Origin: Octopus vulgaris
Lineage: Eukaryota
Assembly: GCA_951406725.2 (NCBI GenBank)
Contig: OX597820.1
Location: 36,084,001-36,148,000 of the forward strand
Direction: 5' to 3'
DNA: 64,000 nt
Shown: positions 38,949-53,601 of the stretch, piece after piece
Layout: each line of letters opens with the position of its first letter
Position numbering within the stretch: the stretch's first letter is position 1
Program-made: the position numbers and the translations under genes
The notes under the pieces: generated by a model
Databases searched by the model: none
Told to the model about the DNA's origin: nothing
Seen by the model: the letters and a program-made list of their open reading frames with translations, nothing else

Positions 38949-40438
38949 CTGTTGGCTAAACAAAGTCATCACCATCAACACCACCACCAACACCATCAAC
39001 CACAAGCTTGGTTTGAAAGAAAGAACAAGCCATAGCAAGCAAGCATCATGGAAATTATTCATGCCTCACTCCACCCTCTTAAGCCTGGGTTTTCTATTGT
39101 TTTTAAAGCAAGATGATGTTCTAGAGAAACTGGGTGTTTCTTTAAAACTTTGATCTGCCTTTATGATTGACTTTAAAACATCCACCAGCAAAACCCACTC
39201 TATACATACATACATGTTTATATTATATATATATATAGACATGTAAAATACATATGTAATATATATATATGTATACACATACAAAATGCATATGTAATAT
39301 ATACATATATATATATACAAACACATACACACACATAAAATACATATGTAATATATATATATATATAATATGCAATATATATGATATACATAAAATATAT
39401 AATATAATATATATATATAATGAATAATTAGTTACACAAAGGTGTAAAATTGAGAAAAGGACAGGTACTCTATATGGTGAAATAGAGTGGTATATGATCT
39501 TTTTCAAAGCTGAAATCTTACTGGTCATTACTCAGAGTTTCCTGTTGTTTTTGTTCATCTAGTGAGTAGTGATAATAACTGTGCTGGGTTTTATTTATAC
39601 ATGGAATATTCTACTGCCAAAACTAATTAACATAAACATGAAAAAAAAAAAAAAAGAAAGAAAAAAAAAATAAATAAATAAAAATTACAAAATTTTGAAA
39701 ATGTGAAAGACCAGCAAAATCGCAAGGATTGGTAGTTTTTGTGAAGGCAGATGTTAATGCCACCGGCTAAGGTGTGTGGTGACTCCTGGGTATATAACAG
39801 AAAGCAAATTATGGGCTAGGATTGGTCGAACCATATGACAAGTTGAGCTCATAGGGCAAGGTGAAAATTGTGGGTGTGACATTCTGATTGGTTGAGCCAT
39901 GATCATAAAACAGGGAACAAATTATTTGGTATGCTTGTGTGGGTGCATGTACAAGATAAAATAAATATAACAATAACTGAAAAATTATCTGAATAAAATA
40001 AAATAAAAGTGAAGATAAGATTATGATTAAAATAAAAGACAAGGTAGAGGACTCATTTAGCATATATATATATATATAGATAGATAGATAGATATATGGT
40101 GTGTGAGGAAACATACATACACAGATTCTTATAGCTTTTGTATGCTTCTTTTATTCAATGTTTTTGTTAACTAGGTTTCCAAGTAAAATGTATACCAACT
40201 GTGAAATTCAAATTCCCATTGAGGTTATCACCAGTTACTTGATTAATAGAAACAGTAAACTCTGAATAGCACCATGCAAGATTTCAGCTCTGAATAAATT
40301 TTATGGTGTGTTTGATAATGAATGTTATGATAATGATTATTATTATAATTTTTTTTATTTTATAAAAAGCAAACTACTACTTGATAAATGCTTGAGGTGG
40401 AAGAGTGTAAAATCTTTTGAAATGTGTGTCAGTGTGTG

Positions 40439-40476
<38 letters not shown>

Positions 40477-40741
40477 TGTGTGTGTATGTGTGCTAACAAG
40501 GAATCAAAACTCATTCCTAGATTTATGATAGAGCTTGCCTCGTATAGAAGTGGTTGTAATCTTTAATAGGTATTTTGTGAACCCTGGAACACTTCCAACT
40601 AAGGCTTACTTTCCTTGTACATGAGGTAGCTGTATGGAACTTCACATATAAACCTTGAAATCCCTTGTTGCACTCTCACCTGCACATGTACCTATTTATA
40701 TATATATATACATATGTGTATTTTCATATGTGTGTGTGTAC

Positions 40742-40774
<33 letters not shown>

Positions 40775-41771
40775 TATTTACACACACCTGCACTCTCACA
40801 CATACATACATGCTTACATACATGTTTACATATGCTTATATACAAAGATTCTTGCTTTTTGTGTGTGCTTGTATGTATGATGACGTTACACACACTCACA
40901 CACGTGCGCGCATACATGTATATATGTGTGCACATATGCATAAATATATACAGGAAGAAAGAGAAATTTAAATTTATCTTTTTTTTATTTTGTATCTTAT
41001 CTATATATTTATTTATTCAATTTTTTTTGTCAATATTTGCCATGTCAAATATCACATACCGCCTGGTAACTTATGGCAACCAGCAGTCATTGACTCGTGG
41101 GAGAGCAGTATTTTGTACTTAAATCTGATGAGATAGGTTGCCGTTGCAATGGAAAAGTCTCTGAAAGCTTAAATATGGTTGTAGAGGAGTAGGGAACATT
41201 CTAGACTGTCTAGAAGACTAATCTGGCAACATCTGGTAAAAACTGGTGTCTTTTTATTATCAGCTTGTAGTCTGATATGTATGTATGTCACGTGTACATC
41301 CAAACATACATATAAATGTGCCATGTATGTTCGTGTGTGTGTGTATTTATACACGCACACACACATATATATATATATTCACACATACATGTGTTCAGTT
41401 TAAGGGTATTGAAGAATGCGGATGAGAACTTAATCAAAATATAAGAGATAATATTAATGAATGAAACAAAGGGAAATGATATTGTATTATCTTACATGGG
41501 TTGTTCAATAATCCTATTTCAGGAAAAATTCCCGTTTACACATAAAAGAAAGGAGTTTGAAGAAATAGAAAGGAAACAAAAATTTGGGGGAAATGTGTTA
41601 TTTTCTTCTATTTATAAAAAGGAATTTTCTCCAAAATATGATACGTTCATAGAACAACCTATGTAAGATAATACCTTATCTTTTCTCTTTGTTATTCTAC
41701 ATCGTCATCTTAAATATTGTGCTTAACTTCTTATCTGCATTGCTCAAAGCCTTTTGCAAACATTTATCACA

Positions 41772-41802
<31 letters not shown>

Positions 41803-42544
41803 TGATATATATATGTGTGTGTGTGCATTTGGACGTACAGATGAGAGCAGAAAAGTGTACACAATACATGCACAATACATACAGGTGGAGTTTCTTTCTT
41901 CAAAGCTGATAATTTGTTCAGTCACTACTCTGAGTTTCTCTGTTTTGAGTGTATATTTAAGCAACAAAGGTGTTTTTGATGCTTGACAAATCACACACAC
42001 GAGAAAATAGGAGTTACAATGGAGCAATTTCTCATCAGCTTCAAATAAATATATATATATTTATATGTGTGTATGTGTTTGTAAACAGTTTGGTGTCTGT
42101 GACTTTCTCTTTCTCTCTCTCCCTCCTTCACTCTCTGCATCTCCCACCATCATCCAATATACTCAATTACTAAATGTAGTAAAATTTTACTCATCAATTT
42201 TCTCATGTTAGAGACCTCTGCCATATCATTCTCCCTTCGTTTTTTTCTTCCACTTTCATTTGTGGTGAAACCTCCATTTTACATAAAATTAAAAAAACGC
42301 ATATATGAAAAAAAAAGATCACCAACTTCAAAAAAAAAAAAAAGCCCCCTCTAAGTTGTTTATTTTTTCAAAAAGCTGGAAATGAAGGAAAAAATTACAG
42401 AAAGAAAAAAAAAAGACTCAAACCTCTCTGAATGAACAATTCAAATCAAAAACTGTAAGCAACTAAAGAAACACTTATTTTTTTTGACATTTTCCATCTT
42501 TCCTTCTAAAAGCCTACTATTTTACAATGTTATGATGATGATAA

Positions 42545-42577
<33 letters not shown>

Positions 42578-43340
42578 GGTGCAAGCTGGCAGAATTGTTA
42601 GTGTGTTGGACAAAATGCTTGGTTGCATTTCTTCTGGCTATACCAATTTCCATCCTTTCGAGGTTGATAAAATTAAATACCAGTCATGTTCTGGGGTTGA
42701 TATAATTGACTAACCCTTTCCCTTTAAAACTGCTGGCCTTGTACCAAAATCTGAAACCATTATTATTTTTGGCAGAATTGTTAGAGCATCAGGCAAAACA
42801 CCTTGCTGTATTTCTTCTGGTTCTTCAAGTTTTTGAGTTCAAATCCTGCTGAGGTCAGCTTTGCCTTTAAGCCATCTGGGTCAGTAAAATAATGCATTAG
42901 TCAAGTCCTGAGGTAGGTATAATTGATTACTCCCTCCCCTCAGAATTGCTGCCCTTGTCTCTAAATTACAAAGTGCTGTGAACTCGCAGAATCAGTAGAT
43001 GACTTGTGGTATTTGTTCTGGCTCTTTACATTCTGAGTTCAAATCCCACCAAGATCAATTTGTCTTTCATCCTTTCAGGGGTTGCTAATCTTGTACAGAA
43101 ATTTGAAAGAATTATTATTACTATTATTAAGCCAGTGAGCTGGTAGAATTGTTAGAGCATTAAACGAAATGCTTCGTGGCATTTCTTTTGGTTCTTTGCA
43201 TTCTGAGTTCAAATTCTGCCAAGACCAGCTTTGCCTTTCAGGATCAGCAAGATAAAGTACCAGCCAAGCACTGAGATCAATGGTACTGACTACCCCCTCC
43301 CCCTCAGAATTGTTGGCCTTGTGCCAAAATTAGCAATCAT
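42578..43340 (+). mobile_element. Head-to-tail cluster of about 4-5 decayed Meta-domain-type SINEs (similar clusters at 37036-37660 and 56636-56970)
   Basis: Repeated GGCAGAAT.GTTAG...TTCTGAGTTCAAAT...GCCTTTCATCCTTT.GGGG...GTACCAG units separated by (ATT)n. Confidence 0.7.
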
Positions 43341-44870
43341 TATTATTATCATTATTATTATTATTATTATTATTAATATTATTTTAAGTATTTTTATTAT
43401 TATTGTCATTTTTACGTGTGAAATAAAAGTATAAAGAAATTCTACTGTCTTGAAATTATTCAGATTTTTTTTGCATAAACTTCAAATGATAGTATTTTTG
43501 TTTTGTTTTTTTTTTCAATCATTTTAACCTTGTTAATGCTAAACTGTCCAATACCATCTTTGTTCCAAAACACTGGCTTAAAATTCATTGTCATCATCAT
43601 TTTAACATTCACTTTTGCATGCTTGCATGGATCAGATGGTATTTGTTGAGGCAGATTTTCTACACCTTATGCCCTTTGTGTTGCCAACTCTCACTTGTTT
43701 TCAAGCTAGGTAATATTTCCCCATGGTCAGCTGTGTGTTTCACAGAAGAGTGCAAAACAAACATTGCTTGTGTGATAGTGACGCTTGCTTACAACCATCA
43801 CATGATGTCAAGACAAGGTTGTACATTTATACAAATACATCCATTGGCATACACACACACACTCCTGCACATATATACAATAAGTTACTTTCAGTTTCCA
43901 TTTGTCAAATCCTCTCACAAGGCTTTGGTCAGCTTGGGGCTACACTAGAAGACATACCCAAAGTGCTCTGCAGTTGGACTGAATCCAAGACCCCATGGCT
44001 AGGAAGCAAGCTTCTTAACCTCACAGCCATGCCTACACCTATCATCATCATCATCACTGTCATTTAACGTCTGTTTTTCTATGCTGTCATGGGTTAGATG
44101 GTTTGAGTGGGATTAGTTAGCTGGAGAGCTGCACCAGGTCCCAGTGTTTTGGCTTGGTTTCTATTGTTGGATGCCCTTCCTAATGCCAACCACTCCACAG
44201 AGAGTGCTGGGTGTCTTTTACATGTCACCGGCATTGATGTCTTTTATGTGTCACTGGCATGGGTGCACTTTACGTTTATTTAATTGAATCATAGAAGTTG
44301 TTTTTGTTTTGAAAAAATTATGTGAAATATATAGACTGTTTTTCCTTGTCAGTCATCATCACTGTTTTTAATATCCATTTTCCCACACCTACAAGGGCCA
44401 GACAGAATTTGTTATGGCAGATTTTATACATCTGGATGTTCTTTCTGTCACCAACCCTCATCAGTTTTCCAAGCAATATCATTTTCCTCCATGGCTGGAA
44501 ATGTTCACAGAAAATTAGAAACAGAAATCCACATGCAAACATACATTATGTGTGTGTGTGTGTGTGTACACAACTAACTGGCTTCTTTCAGTTTCTGTCC
44601 ACATGCCCTTTAGTTGGTCCAGGGCTACTGAAGAAGACATGTGCCCTCCAAGGTGCCATGTGGTGTGGTTGAAAAGCAGACTTCTTAACCACATAACAAT
44701 GCCTGCACCTGCTATAGGTGAGAAACAGGGGTAGAATATCTGAAGCATGAGTGGTAAGGTGACAAATTTTGCAACATCTCTAAAAGGATTTCCTATAGTG
44801 GCATCTTTATAGTCTAAAATTTCTAACCAGAATGTCTCAGTATTAGGTGTATTTGCTAAATGGATGCTAT

Positions 44871-45887
44871 TGTAGCATACACTCGAGTGAAATTCCTCTC
44901 CCCGCTTTATTATATATATGTGCATTCGAATGTAACAGGTAACACCTAGCCTTTGGTCGCTATTTGGACCCCATTGTGCCCACTGCTCTGATTGGTTGAT
45001 ATTGGCACAATTCGTCCCTTACTCTGTTGCGCCATGTATAACCAGTTGGAGCCTCTGAATAAAATCACGAGACAGCCTGTTCTCAACCTAGTTTTTGAGC
45101 CTACAGCTCCTTATAAAAACTCACCTCCTTTTCGAGGTCTTTTTTAGGTCTGGCCATTGACCACACAAGACACAGTCAGTTTCAGTGACAACACCACAGC
45201 AGCCACGTTGAAACTTACCAACTTTGTCCAACAGCATTACAGCAACCTCCGTCTTCATCACTACCATTATGTCCTTAAGGTCATCACCATCATCTCTCTA
45301 CATACACAGCTCAGTAAGCAACTCCCCCAGATTCCAACACTTCACTGTTCGTGAATTACTTCACCATGGATCAACAGCAAATATATAATCTGCAAGAACT
45401 CCTGTATCAAGTGACCAAGGCAGCAGCATGACAGCCACAACTTCATATATGACATGTACCTGCAACTGGCTCAGTATCATGGCCACAACTCCTTGATACA
45501 GTTTTACAACTACCATATTCAATTGACTACAAACTGGTATTTTAATCTTACTTGTGTATATGAACTTTCTTCTCACTTCAGTGGCTATAGATTCTTTCAC
45601 TGTCTCCTTCATTGCCATTCTTATATGTTCTTAACACACACATACATCTTAGCTTACATGCATACATACATTTGTTCTCATGATAACCTGTCTATTATTC
45701 TGTATACATGACGCACACATAGACACACATGTTGTTATATCAATAAATCTTCTCTTAATCATTCTATGTGGTTGTGTCTCATTTCCCTGTCACTTATATG
45801 TACCATTCAATTATATATTTATTGTAAGGGCTGTGTGATGTACTAAAGACCCATTCTCGACACCTCACATTACATGGTCCCATTACA
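44871..45887 (+). mobile_element. Probable solo LTR
   Basis: Begins TGTAGCA (alternatively TGTAAC at 44931), contains CTGATTGG and AATAAA, ends CATTACA, and sits at the break in the hAT ORF. TSD not resolved. Confidence 0.5.
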
Positions 45888-46262
45888 CTCTTTTACTTGT
45901 TTTAGTCATGTGACTGTGGCCATGCTGGAGCACCGCCTTTAGTCGAGCAAATCGACCCCAGGACTTATTCTTTGTAAGCCTAGTACTTATTCTATCAGTC
46001 TCTTGCCAAACTGCTAAGTTACAGGGACGTAAACACACCAGCATCGGTTGTCAAGCGATATTGGAGGAACAAACACAGACACACAAACATACACACACAC
46101 ATACATATATATATATATACATATATATGATGGGCTTCTTTCAGTTTCGGTCTACCAAATCTACTCACAAGACTTTGATCGGCCCGAGGCTATAGTAGAA
46201 GACACTTGCCCAAGGTGCCACACATGTGGTTCGTAAGCAAGCTACTTGCCACTCCTACGCCT
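45888..46262 (-). mobile_element. Near full-length tRNA-derived SINE
   Basis: Near-identical to 12270-12641. Confidence 0.85.
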
Positions 46263-49200
46263 ATTAAATCGAATTTCAACTGAAGCAATTTTTTCATTGA
46301 AATGCTTCCAAGACAGGCAAAATTGGCTCTTAAATGTTTCAAAATATTCTCCACTGAAAAACATTTGATATTCCTCTGTATATTAAAGTTTACAGCCAAA
46401 CATTGCTTAAATCCCTTACAAAGACAGAGTAATGACTGATGTGCTCTCTTATGGATATTATTTTCTTTGGTAGCTGTTACAGTCTTCTGTTATCTTTCTC
46501 TAAAACCTGTAGCCTAAATTTGGTTTAGGATTAAGAAATTCTTCAATAAAAGCATCAGGATTAAGACGATCAGTTGTACATGTTGGCAATACTATAATAT
46601 TAGCAATATATTTGATCAAATTTAAGAGATCTACAAGTAATTCTATTTTGTCAGCAGAGTTTGATTTAAACAGTTTATTCACTTCTTGAACATATTTTAG
46701 AATTGGATGCAAAAATAAAAGGAAAAGTTCATTCCTAGACTCACAAAATATTTCGCGTAGTGTTAGAGCTGTAAAGCACTTCTCTTTTGTACTTTAAGTT
46801 AATTATTGAGTTTGTAATTCAAATCAAGCCATTGGCTTAAAATTCTACTTACAGTTGGTTTTATTGACAGCCACCTAGTTGCACAAGAATTCAAAATATT
46901 CAAAGGCTCCTTATTATTGATAGGAAGATATAGCTGCCTGTAAAGAGGCCCATCTATAGGTTTCAGATACTAAAAAAGTTTAATCTCTGGGGAGACATTC
47001 AGCACAGGGATACTACCAACTGTAAAGAATGACATACACATTTAAATAGAAGCAATGATGGAATTTCCTCTTTTAATTTCCAGAAAACACCATTGTTGAT
47101 TCTTATCATTACACTGGTATTGTTTGTTCCTATGGCCAGCAAATTTTTCATGTGAGGAGCTCAAGTGCTGACATGAGTTATCTCCTGTACTCTGCACCTG
47201 GCCATGGCTGAAAAGGTATCAATAAAGTACTCGATAACCTTTTATTTGGAGTAACATTAAAGTAAAAGAAGAAAAAATTCAATAATAACTGATTTAATAA
47301 AATTTGGCCATAAAATACTTCAAAAGAAAAAAAAACACGAGGAGGAAAAGAGAAGGAAAATGGATTAACTATTGTGAAAATGTCATGATCAGATAAAAAT
47401 TCTAAATAAATTTTTCAACCTTACTTTCCCTGCTAAATACTTGTTTCAAAATTTTCCTACTAAATGCTTAGAGAAAGAAAAAAATGCTAAGGTGACATTT
47501 TTTTATAAATATAAATTATAAACACACACACACTGTCAAGGCTACATCTTTGGCCTCTTTGATAGCCTCTCATCTTTCTAATATACCTATCACACTCCTC
47601 TTTAATCAAATGTTAGTCTATCATTCATGCCACTGTCACCCATGCTTCTATCAACCATGCCTTTATCACTCATGTTGCTATCACTCATGCTCCAATTATT
47701 TATCACTCACTCACTAACTCCTCTTCACACTTTCATTGTACTGTACAGTCACTGTAACTAAGGATAGCTGTAGACCTCTTTGGTTAGCTTTGCATATCAA
47801 CGAAAGATGCTAAGGGACTAACCTGGCCCTTTCTCCAAACTTCATCTCGTATCCTTTTCAACATATCTCTCTCACCATGTTGAGGTATATCCATATGAGA
47901 CCTCATTAAACATTCATGTATCTGACATTACTGAAACACCTCCTTGGCCATCATTCACTCTCACCATTTATCTGCTTCTTGCTATCCCTCGCTCTCTCGC
48001 CCCTATACTCTCCAGGGCAGGTTCCACAGTAAAATACACCTAATACTCTAGGTGTAGAGTTGTGAGGACCCTTAAGTCTCCTAGAAGACATAGCAACCTC
48101 TCTAAAGCTGGTGCTTAATATGAAGAACCTCCAGCAAGACTTGATACAGTGGCAAGGTTTAAGTAGATGGATAGACACAGAAAGTAAAAAAACGTTGTAA
48201 AAGCTATTTGAGGCTGGATAGAAGCAGTGAGTTTTAGTAACGAAGAGAATGTTTCAGTTATGGTATTCAACAAGAAGGAAGGGTACAGTACAGTAGCAGG
48301 TATACCACCTCTTAGCTTGTGGAGTGACAACACCAAGATTTGACCTACACCTGCAAATACAAGGAAACACCACGTCTTCAGCATAGGGTCTTTCTGACAT
48401 CAATAAATACCTCGTATCTTGTAATAGTTTGTAGTTTGTAGTTTTTTTAACCATCCTTTTCAAACTTACCATCATTCTCCACTTGCCTCTCAAATAGCCA
48501 ACTTCTTATTAATTATTCTGTTGTGTCTGGGGAGAGTCATTTTCTTTTTGTGCCTTAAAATGTAACACACGCACCGGTAAAATTTCCACTTATTTCTTAT
48601 TTTTATTTTCCTAAAATTTTCATTGCGTCTTGCATCCTTTTCAATATTCTTGACTCTCAATAACAATTAGTTGTCTCCCTTACACATTTTAAAACATTTA
48701 CTTGGTTTCTCGTCGATTATCTCCCATATTTGCCGTCGAAAATGCATGCGCTCGGCTTGGGCACGTTTTCTCTTATTTACTATTCCTCCTTTCTCAATTT
48801 GTCTTGCCAGCACTATCTGAAAACATCCCTCTTCAACGAAGGCGGTCTGTTTAGAATGTTGGACTTCTCTTCTTGACGACCAAACCAATTTATTCAACCT
48901 TCAGACGATTTATATTTTCTGCCTGTCGAGGCAGACTTTCTCTACCCTCCCGAATCCTATTTAATTTCTTCCACTTAGCGATCTTTTGATCTTTTATTCT
49001 TTATTTTTACTTGTTTCAGTCACTGGATTGCGGCCATACTGGTGTAATAGCTTGAAGGGTTTTGCTCGAACAAATCGACTCTCGTAATTATTTCTTAAGC
49101 CTGTTACTTATTCCACCAGTTATAACTGGGTTAGTGTGGGCGTAAACAAACGGACACTGGTTGCCAAGCGTTAATGGGTGATAAACACTAAAGCACAGAT

Positions 49201-49457
49201 ATACGCGCGTGCGTGCGTGCACGCACAATTCGACAGGTTTCTCTTAGTTTTCATCTACCAAATCCACTCACAAGGCCATAATCTATCCAGAACTATAGTT
49301 GAAGAAACTTGCTCAAGGTGCCACATAGTGAGACTGAACTCGGAACCAAGTGGTCGAGAAGCAAACTCCTTGTTACACAGCCACGCCTGCGCCTTAAATG
49401 TTTAAATTTTTTTCTGTTTCTCAAACGGTTGAAAGTAGGCAATATTTAATGTGTACA

Positions 49458-49485
49458 GTTGCCAGGCAACGGTGAAAATATGGCG
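49458..49485 (+). promoter_or_regulatory. RFX X-box (GTTGCCAGGCAAC) plus YY1-like AAATATGGCG; candidate promoter with first-exon donor GTAAGT at 49630
   Basis: Fits the X-box consensus GTNRCC-N-RGYAAC in a CpG-retaining patch. It is the nearest promoter-like region upstream of the exon at about 57553. Confidence 0.55.
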
Positions 49486-49662
49486 ACCACAATACTGGTT
49501 GATAAAGCGGTGTTGAGATGTACGAGGAATACAGAATGCGAAGTTTGGTGAAAGACTATACTGGAGAAATTGAGAATATTAGAGAGAAAGAGTGAAAAAT
49601 ATTTAATTCAAATATTCATATCATATTTAGTAAGTAATGGGATCCCTACCCTCGTTTCGTTG

Positions 49663-49718
<56 letters not shown>

Positions 49719-51121
49719 CACGCTAAAGCATTTTGTTTTCATAATCGTTTTTCAAAATATTGTTGTTCATTAGGCCCAGTCTTATGATAAATATCGTTCT
49801 GGCCATGCCAACCCCGTTGTTTTCCAGACAGAGTATATAGGAAGACACGATCCAGTATATTTTCCCATTATTTTTAAAGGGGGTAAAGTGTGATAGAGGG
49901 AGATTTGGCTGCTATTTCTAGCATGTCACAACTCCGCACAAGTTTCCGTATTGCTTTGACCTGTCATGATTATGGTTGTTCAGCGCGATGCCCACCTTGG
50001 AGCTACAATCCTACGATCGAAAGCATTTCTACCATGACAAACCATCGTTCTAAGTTTGTCTAGGACTACATTAATTGAGCTGTCCTTTCTTTCTATAAAG
50101 TGATAGAATACACAAACTAGATAAAAATAAAAAAAAACGAGATAGAGTGGGAGTTGTATGAAAATTGACTGCTGTTTCTAGCTTACCAATTGACCGGGTA
50201 AGAGGCATCTTCGTTGGATTGTCTTGTTCCCAAGTCATGTCTGCGTCAGGAAACCTCTAATCAAAAATGTTCCATGTGCACAGATACACTGGGCAGTTGA
50301 CTGAGGTCCAGATGTCTAGGGCAGTGGTTCATATAAGAATTTGTTTATATGGGGTCCATATCACATTTTGCTATGAAAAATTATGTGCAATAAATTGGTT
50401 ATACTTCTACAATGCACAAAATATTTTAACAAATTTTTTTATACAATTCGTAATAATATTTGATAATAAAAATATAAGATTCTTTTAAACTTTGTAAGGC
50501 TATGGGGTTCACCTGAGCAAAAGAGGAATCAAAGGTGTCCATAGGCAAAAAATGGTTGAAGACCACTGATCTAGGGACTTGGTTCCATCAGTAAATTGCA
50601 TTGCTCAACCCATGGATCTATAATGCTGTTAAGATGGCTTTGCTTCCAGTCATGACCATCTTGATATTTTCTTTTGTTTTTCTCTCAGGTATAGTGTATC
50701 TGAAACAACAATATGTACTGTGTACTTACCTTAAGACAATAGAGGACTTTTCTTCAGGTATAGTGTATCTGGATCTACAATATCCTTTTAAGACAACTAG
50801 GGATGGTTTTTGTGGGGGTAGTTGGAGTGGAATTTGGTTGTTAGTTCCAGCAGGTCAAACGACCACGAAGTTTTTCTTGATTAACTCCACTTTAGGAGGG
50901 GAGATAATCTCATGAATTAAAAATTCTCAGAAAATGACTTGCCATTAAGAGAAAGGACAGGCTCATGGTCTGGAGATAAGGGAACAATCATTGACACATG
51001 TTTCTGGTTCAATAGCATGACATTTGTCTGTCTTTATCTCCAGTAGACTCACTCTATTTTTATAGGTGCCCAGTCCAGTAAGACATGAACTGGGCAAGAC
51101 ACAATGGTCAGGTGATAATAT

Positions 51122-51352
51122 GAAGCGAGATGGCAGAAACGTTAGCACGCCAGGCGAAATACTTAGCATTACTTCGTCTGCCCCTACGTTCTGAGTTCAA
51201 ATTCCGCCGAGGTTGACTTTGCCTTTCATCCTTTCGGGGTCGATAAATTAAGTACCAGTTGCACACTGGGGTCGATGTAATCGACTTAATCCCTTTGTCT
51301 GTCCTTGTTTGTTCCCTCTATGCTTAGCCCCCTGTGGGCAATAAAGAAATAA
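51122..51352 (+). mobile_element. Young Meta-domain-type SINE
   Basis: GGCAGAAACGTTAGC...GAGTTCAAATTCC (B-box-like), core GCCTTTCATCCTTTCGGGGTCGATAAATTAAGTACCAG, tail AATAAAGAAATA. Confidence 0.75.
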
Positions 51353-53601
51353 ATATGATGGATGCAATGTATACATTTGCCACCTATACCTGACCTTTCA
51401 GGGATAGCTTTCTCTCAGCCCATTTCTAGGTGAGAGTGGCCATCCTACTTGTCACCTTATCCCAGTTCTTCTCCATTTGGAAATCTGAACCAAACCAGAC
51501 CTCAAATTATTTCACTGGTACATCTTTCCAGTAAACTATGACAGAATTGGATGGCATGGACTAGCTTCTCCAGGTGATGAGCAGCAAACCCACTGACTTT
51601 TCTTGGTTGATTTTTGCTCCTGTCACTGCCTCGTATTCCCTTCAGTGCCAAACACCTCAGTGTGCCTATTGTTGGACACTATGACAATGATCTCACTTGT
51701 TTTTGCTTACATGGTTATCCCATGTCTCAGTTGGCATGGGGATTCCTCTCAACATCTCCAATTTCTGCAGTAATGTCTCTACCGTGAGTACTTACAGAAG
51801 AGATCAGAGGAGATAACCATGACAGATTGAGTACATGATATACAATAATAATAATAATAATAATCACCATTTAACATCCTCTGTCCATGCAGGCATAGGT
51901 TGGATGGTTTGACAGGAGCAGGTAAATAAGAAAACTGTCAACTGTCTGCTTTGGCATGGTTTTTATAGCCGAATGCCCTTCTTATTCCCAACCACTTTAC
52001 AGAATGTGTTGGGTAGTTTTTTCTACCTAGCACCAGCAGCTGTGAGGTCACCAAATAACTTGCAAGACATGACTTTTCAACTGAGCGGGGCATAGTATTG
52101 AGAGAGGTGGCGTTGTGTTAGGTGATAGGAAGTTAGAGTATGAATAGCAGGATGAAAGAGATACCTGGCTACATCAGTAAGAGAGAATGGAGAGAGAGAG
52201 AGAGAGATGTGATGGAGCCCATATCCAAGATACAGGGAGGTGTATAAAGTGAAGTGGGCCAGAAATTGGATAGGGTGTAATAGTTGGGTGAGTTTGTGAG
52301 AGTGTGAAAGGGAGAGTGGGCAGAGGGTATTAAGAGGATATGTTGTGAAGAAGAAATTTGATAGATGTATTATGTGCTGGTAGGTTTGCAAGGGAGAGTT
52401 AGAGAAAGAGGGAAGCAGACCACCCCCCATGAATGGTGAATACAGGTGGGGAGGTGGAAGAGGTTTGTCGGGGTGGGGGACAGATTGTGTGTGGTGTGAA
52501 GGCATGGATATAAGGGACATGCCTTCATGGCCTAGATTTTATTTTGGCATTGCAAATCATCTCTTCACTCCTACCTCCCCTCAACTCATAGATCACCTCA
52601 TGCCCCTTATCCACCCATTAACCCAACCCAGTTCCTACAGTTGTCACCTACTCTTCCATACCTTCTCCACTTGTCATTCCTTAACATTTGTCCTTCATTC
52701 ATTGTATTCATCCCACTCGCCCGTTTCCCATCTCTAACCAATTCTCACTCCCCAGTACCTCCATCCAACCACACACTCTGTTCTCCTGTCCCCATTCACT
52801 TCTACTCACCTTATACTTTAAGGTTCCCCATTGGCACATCATCATCATCACCATAATCATTTAGCCATGTGCCTTTACATGTGTGTGTATGTATATATGA
52901 AGGCATATGGCTCAATAGTTAGAGTGTCGAACTCATAATCATGAGATAGTGAGTTCAATTCTTAAATTGGGCTGTGTGTTGTGTTCTTGAGCAAGACATT
53001 TTATTTCATGTTGCTTCAATTCATTCAGCTGTAGAAATGAGCTGCATCATCACTGGTGCCAAGCACTATCGGCCTTTGGCTTTCCGACAGAAAACATCTG
53101 TGACATGGAGAGGGGAGGCTGGTGTGCATGGACTTGTGCCTTGGAGGCGAACTTTCTAGGTGCAATCCCATGGTCATTCATAACCGAAGGGGGTTTCTAC
53201 TCTATCCCCTGTTTTACTTTTACTTTTTTTTTTTGCTGCTGTGTTATAGGGCACATGAGCCCAGTATACAATAAGCTCGTTATAATTATGATAATGATCA
53301 TTACTATTGTTATTAGGCCTAGTAAGGTGGCAAGTTAGCAGAATCATTAGCATGACAGCTGAAATGGTTAATGGCATTTTGTCCATCTTTAAGTTCTGAG
53401 TTCAAATTCCATGAGGTCGATTTTGCCTTTCGTCCTTTTGGAGGTCAATAAAATAAATATCAGTTGAGTACTGGAGTTGATGTAATCAACTTACCCACTC
53501 CCTCAAAATTGCTAGCCTTGTGCCAAAATTTGAAATCATTATTATTAGGCCTTGTGCCTATAGTAAAAAGGATCATTATTGTTATTATTATTATTATTAT
53601 T

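Larger units (their letters stand above)
44745..47150 (-). pseudogene. hAT transposase remnant, interrupted at about 44871-46262 by an LTR-like element and a SINE
   Basis: Minus-strand motifs in order: IGTNNTSVM (cf. GTDNASVM), KCVCHSLQL (CxxH), CATRWLS, LHPILKYVQEVNKLF, then FWLEILDYKDATIGNPF (dimerisation region) beyond the insertion. Confidence 0.8.

Noticed and set aside
41066-41080. Second X-box-like sequence GTAACTTATGGCAAC
   Set aside because: Imperfect half-site and spacing, with no promoter context.
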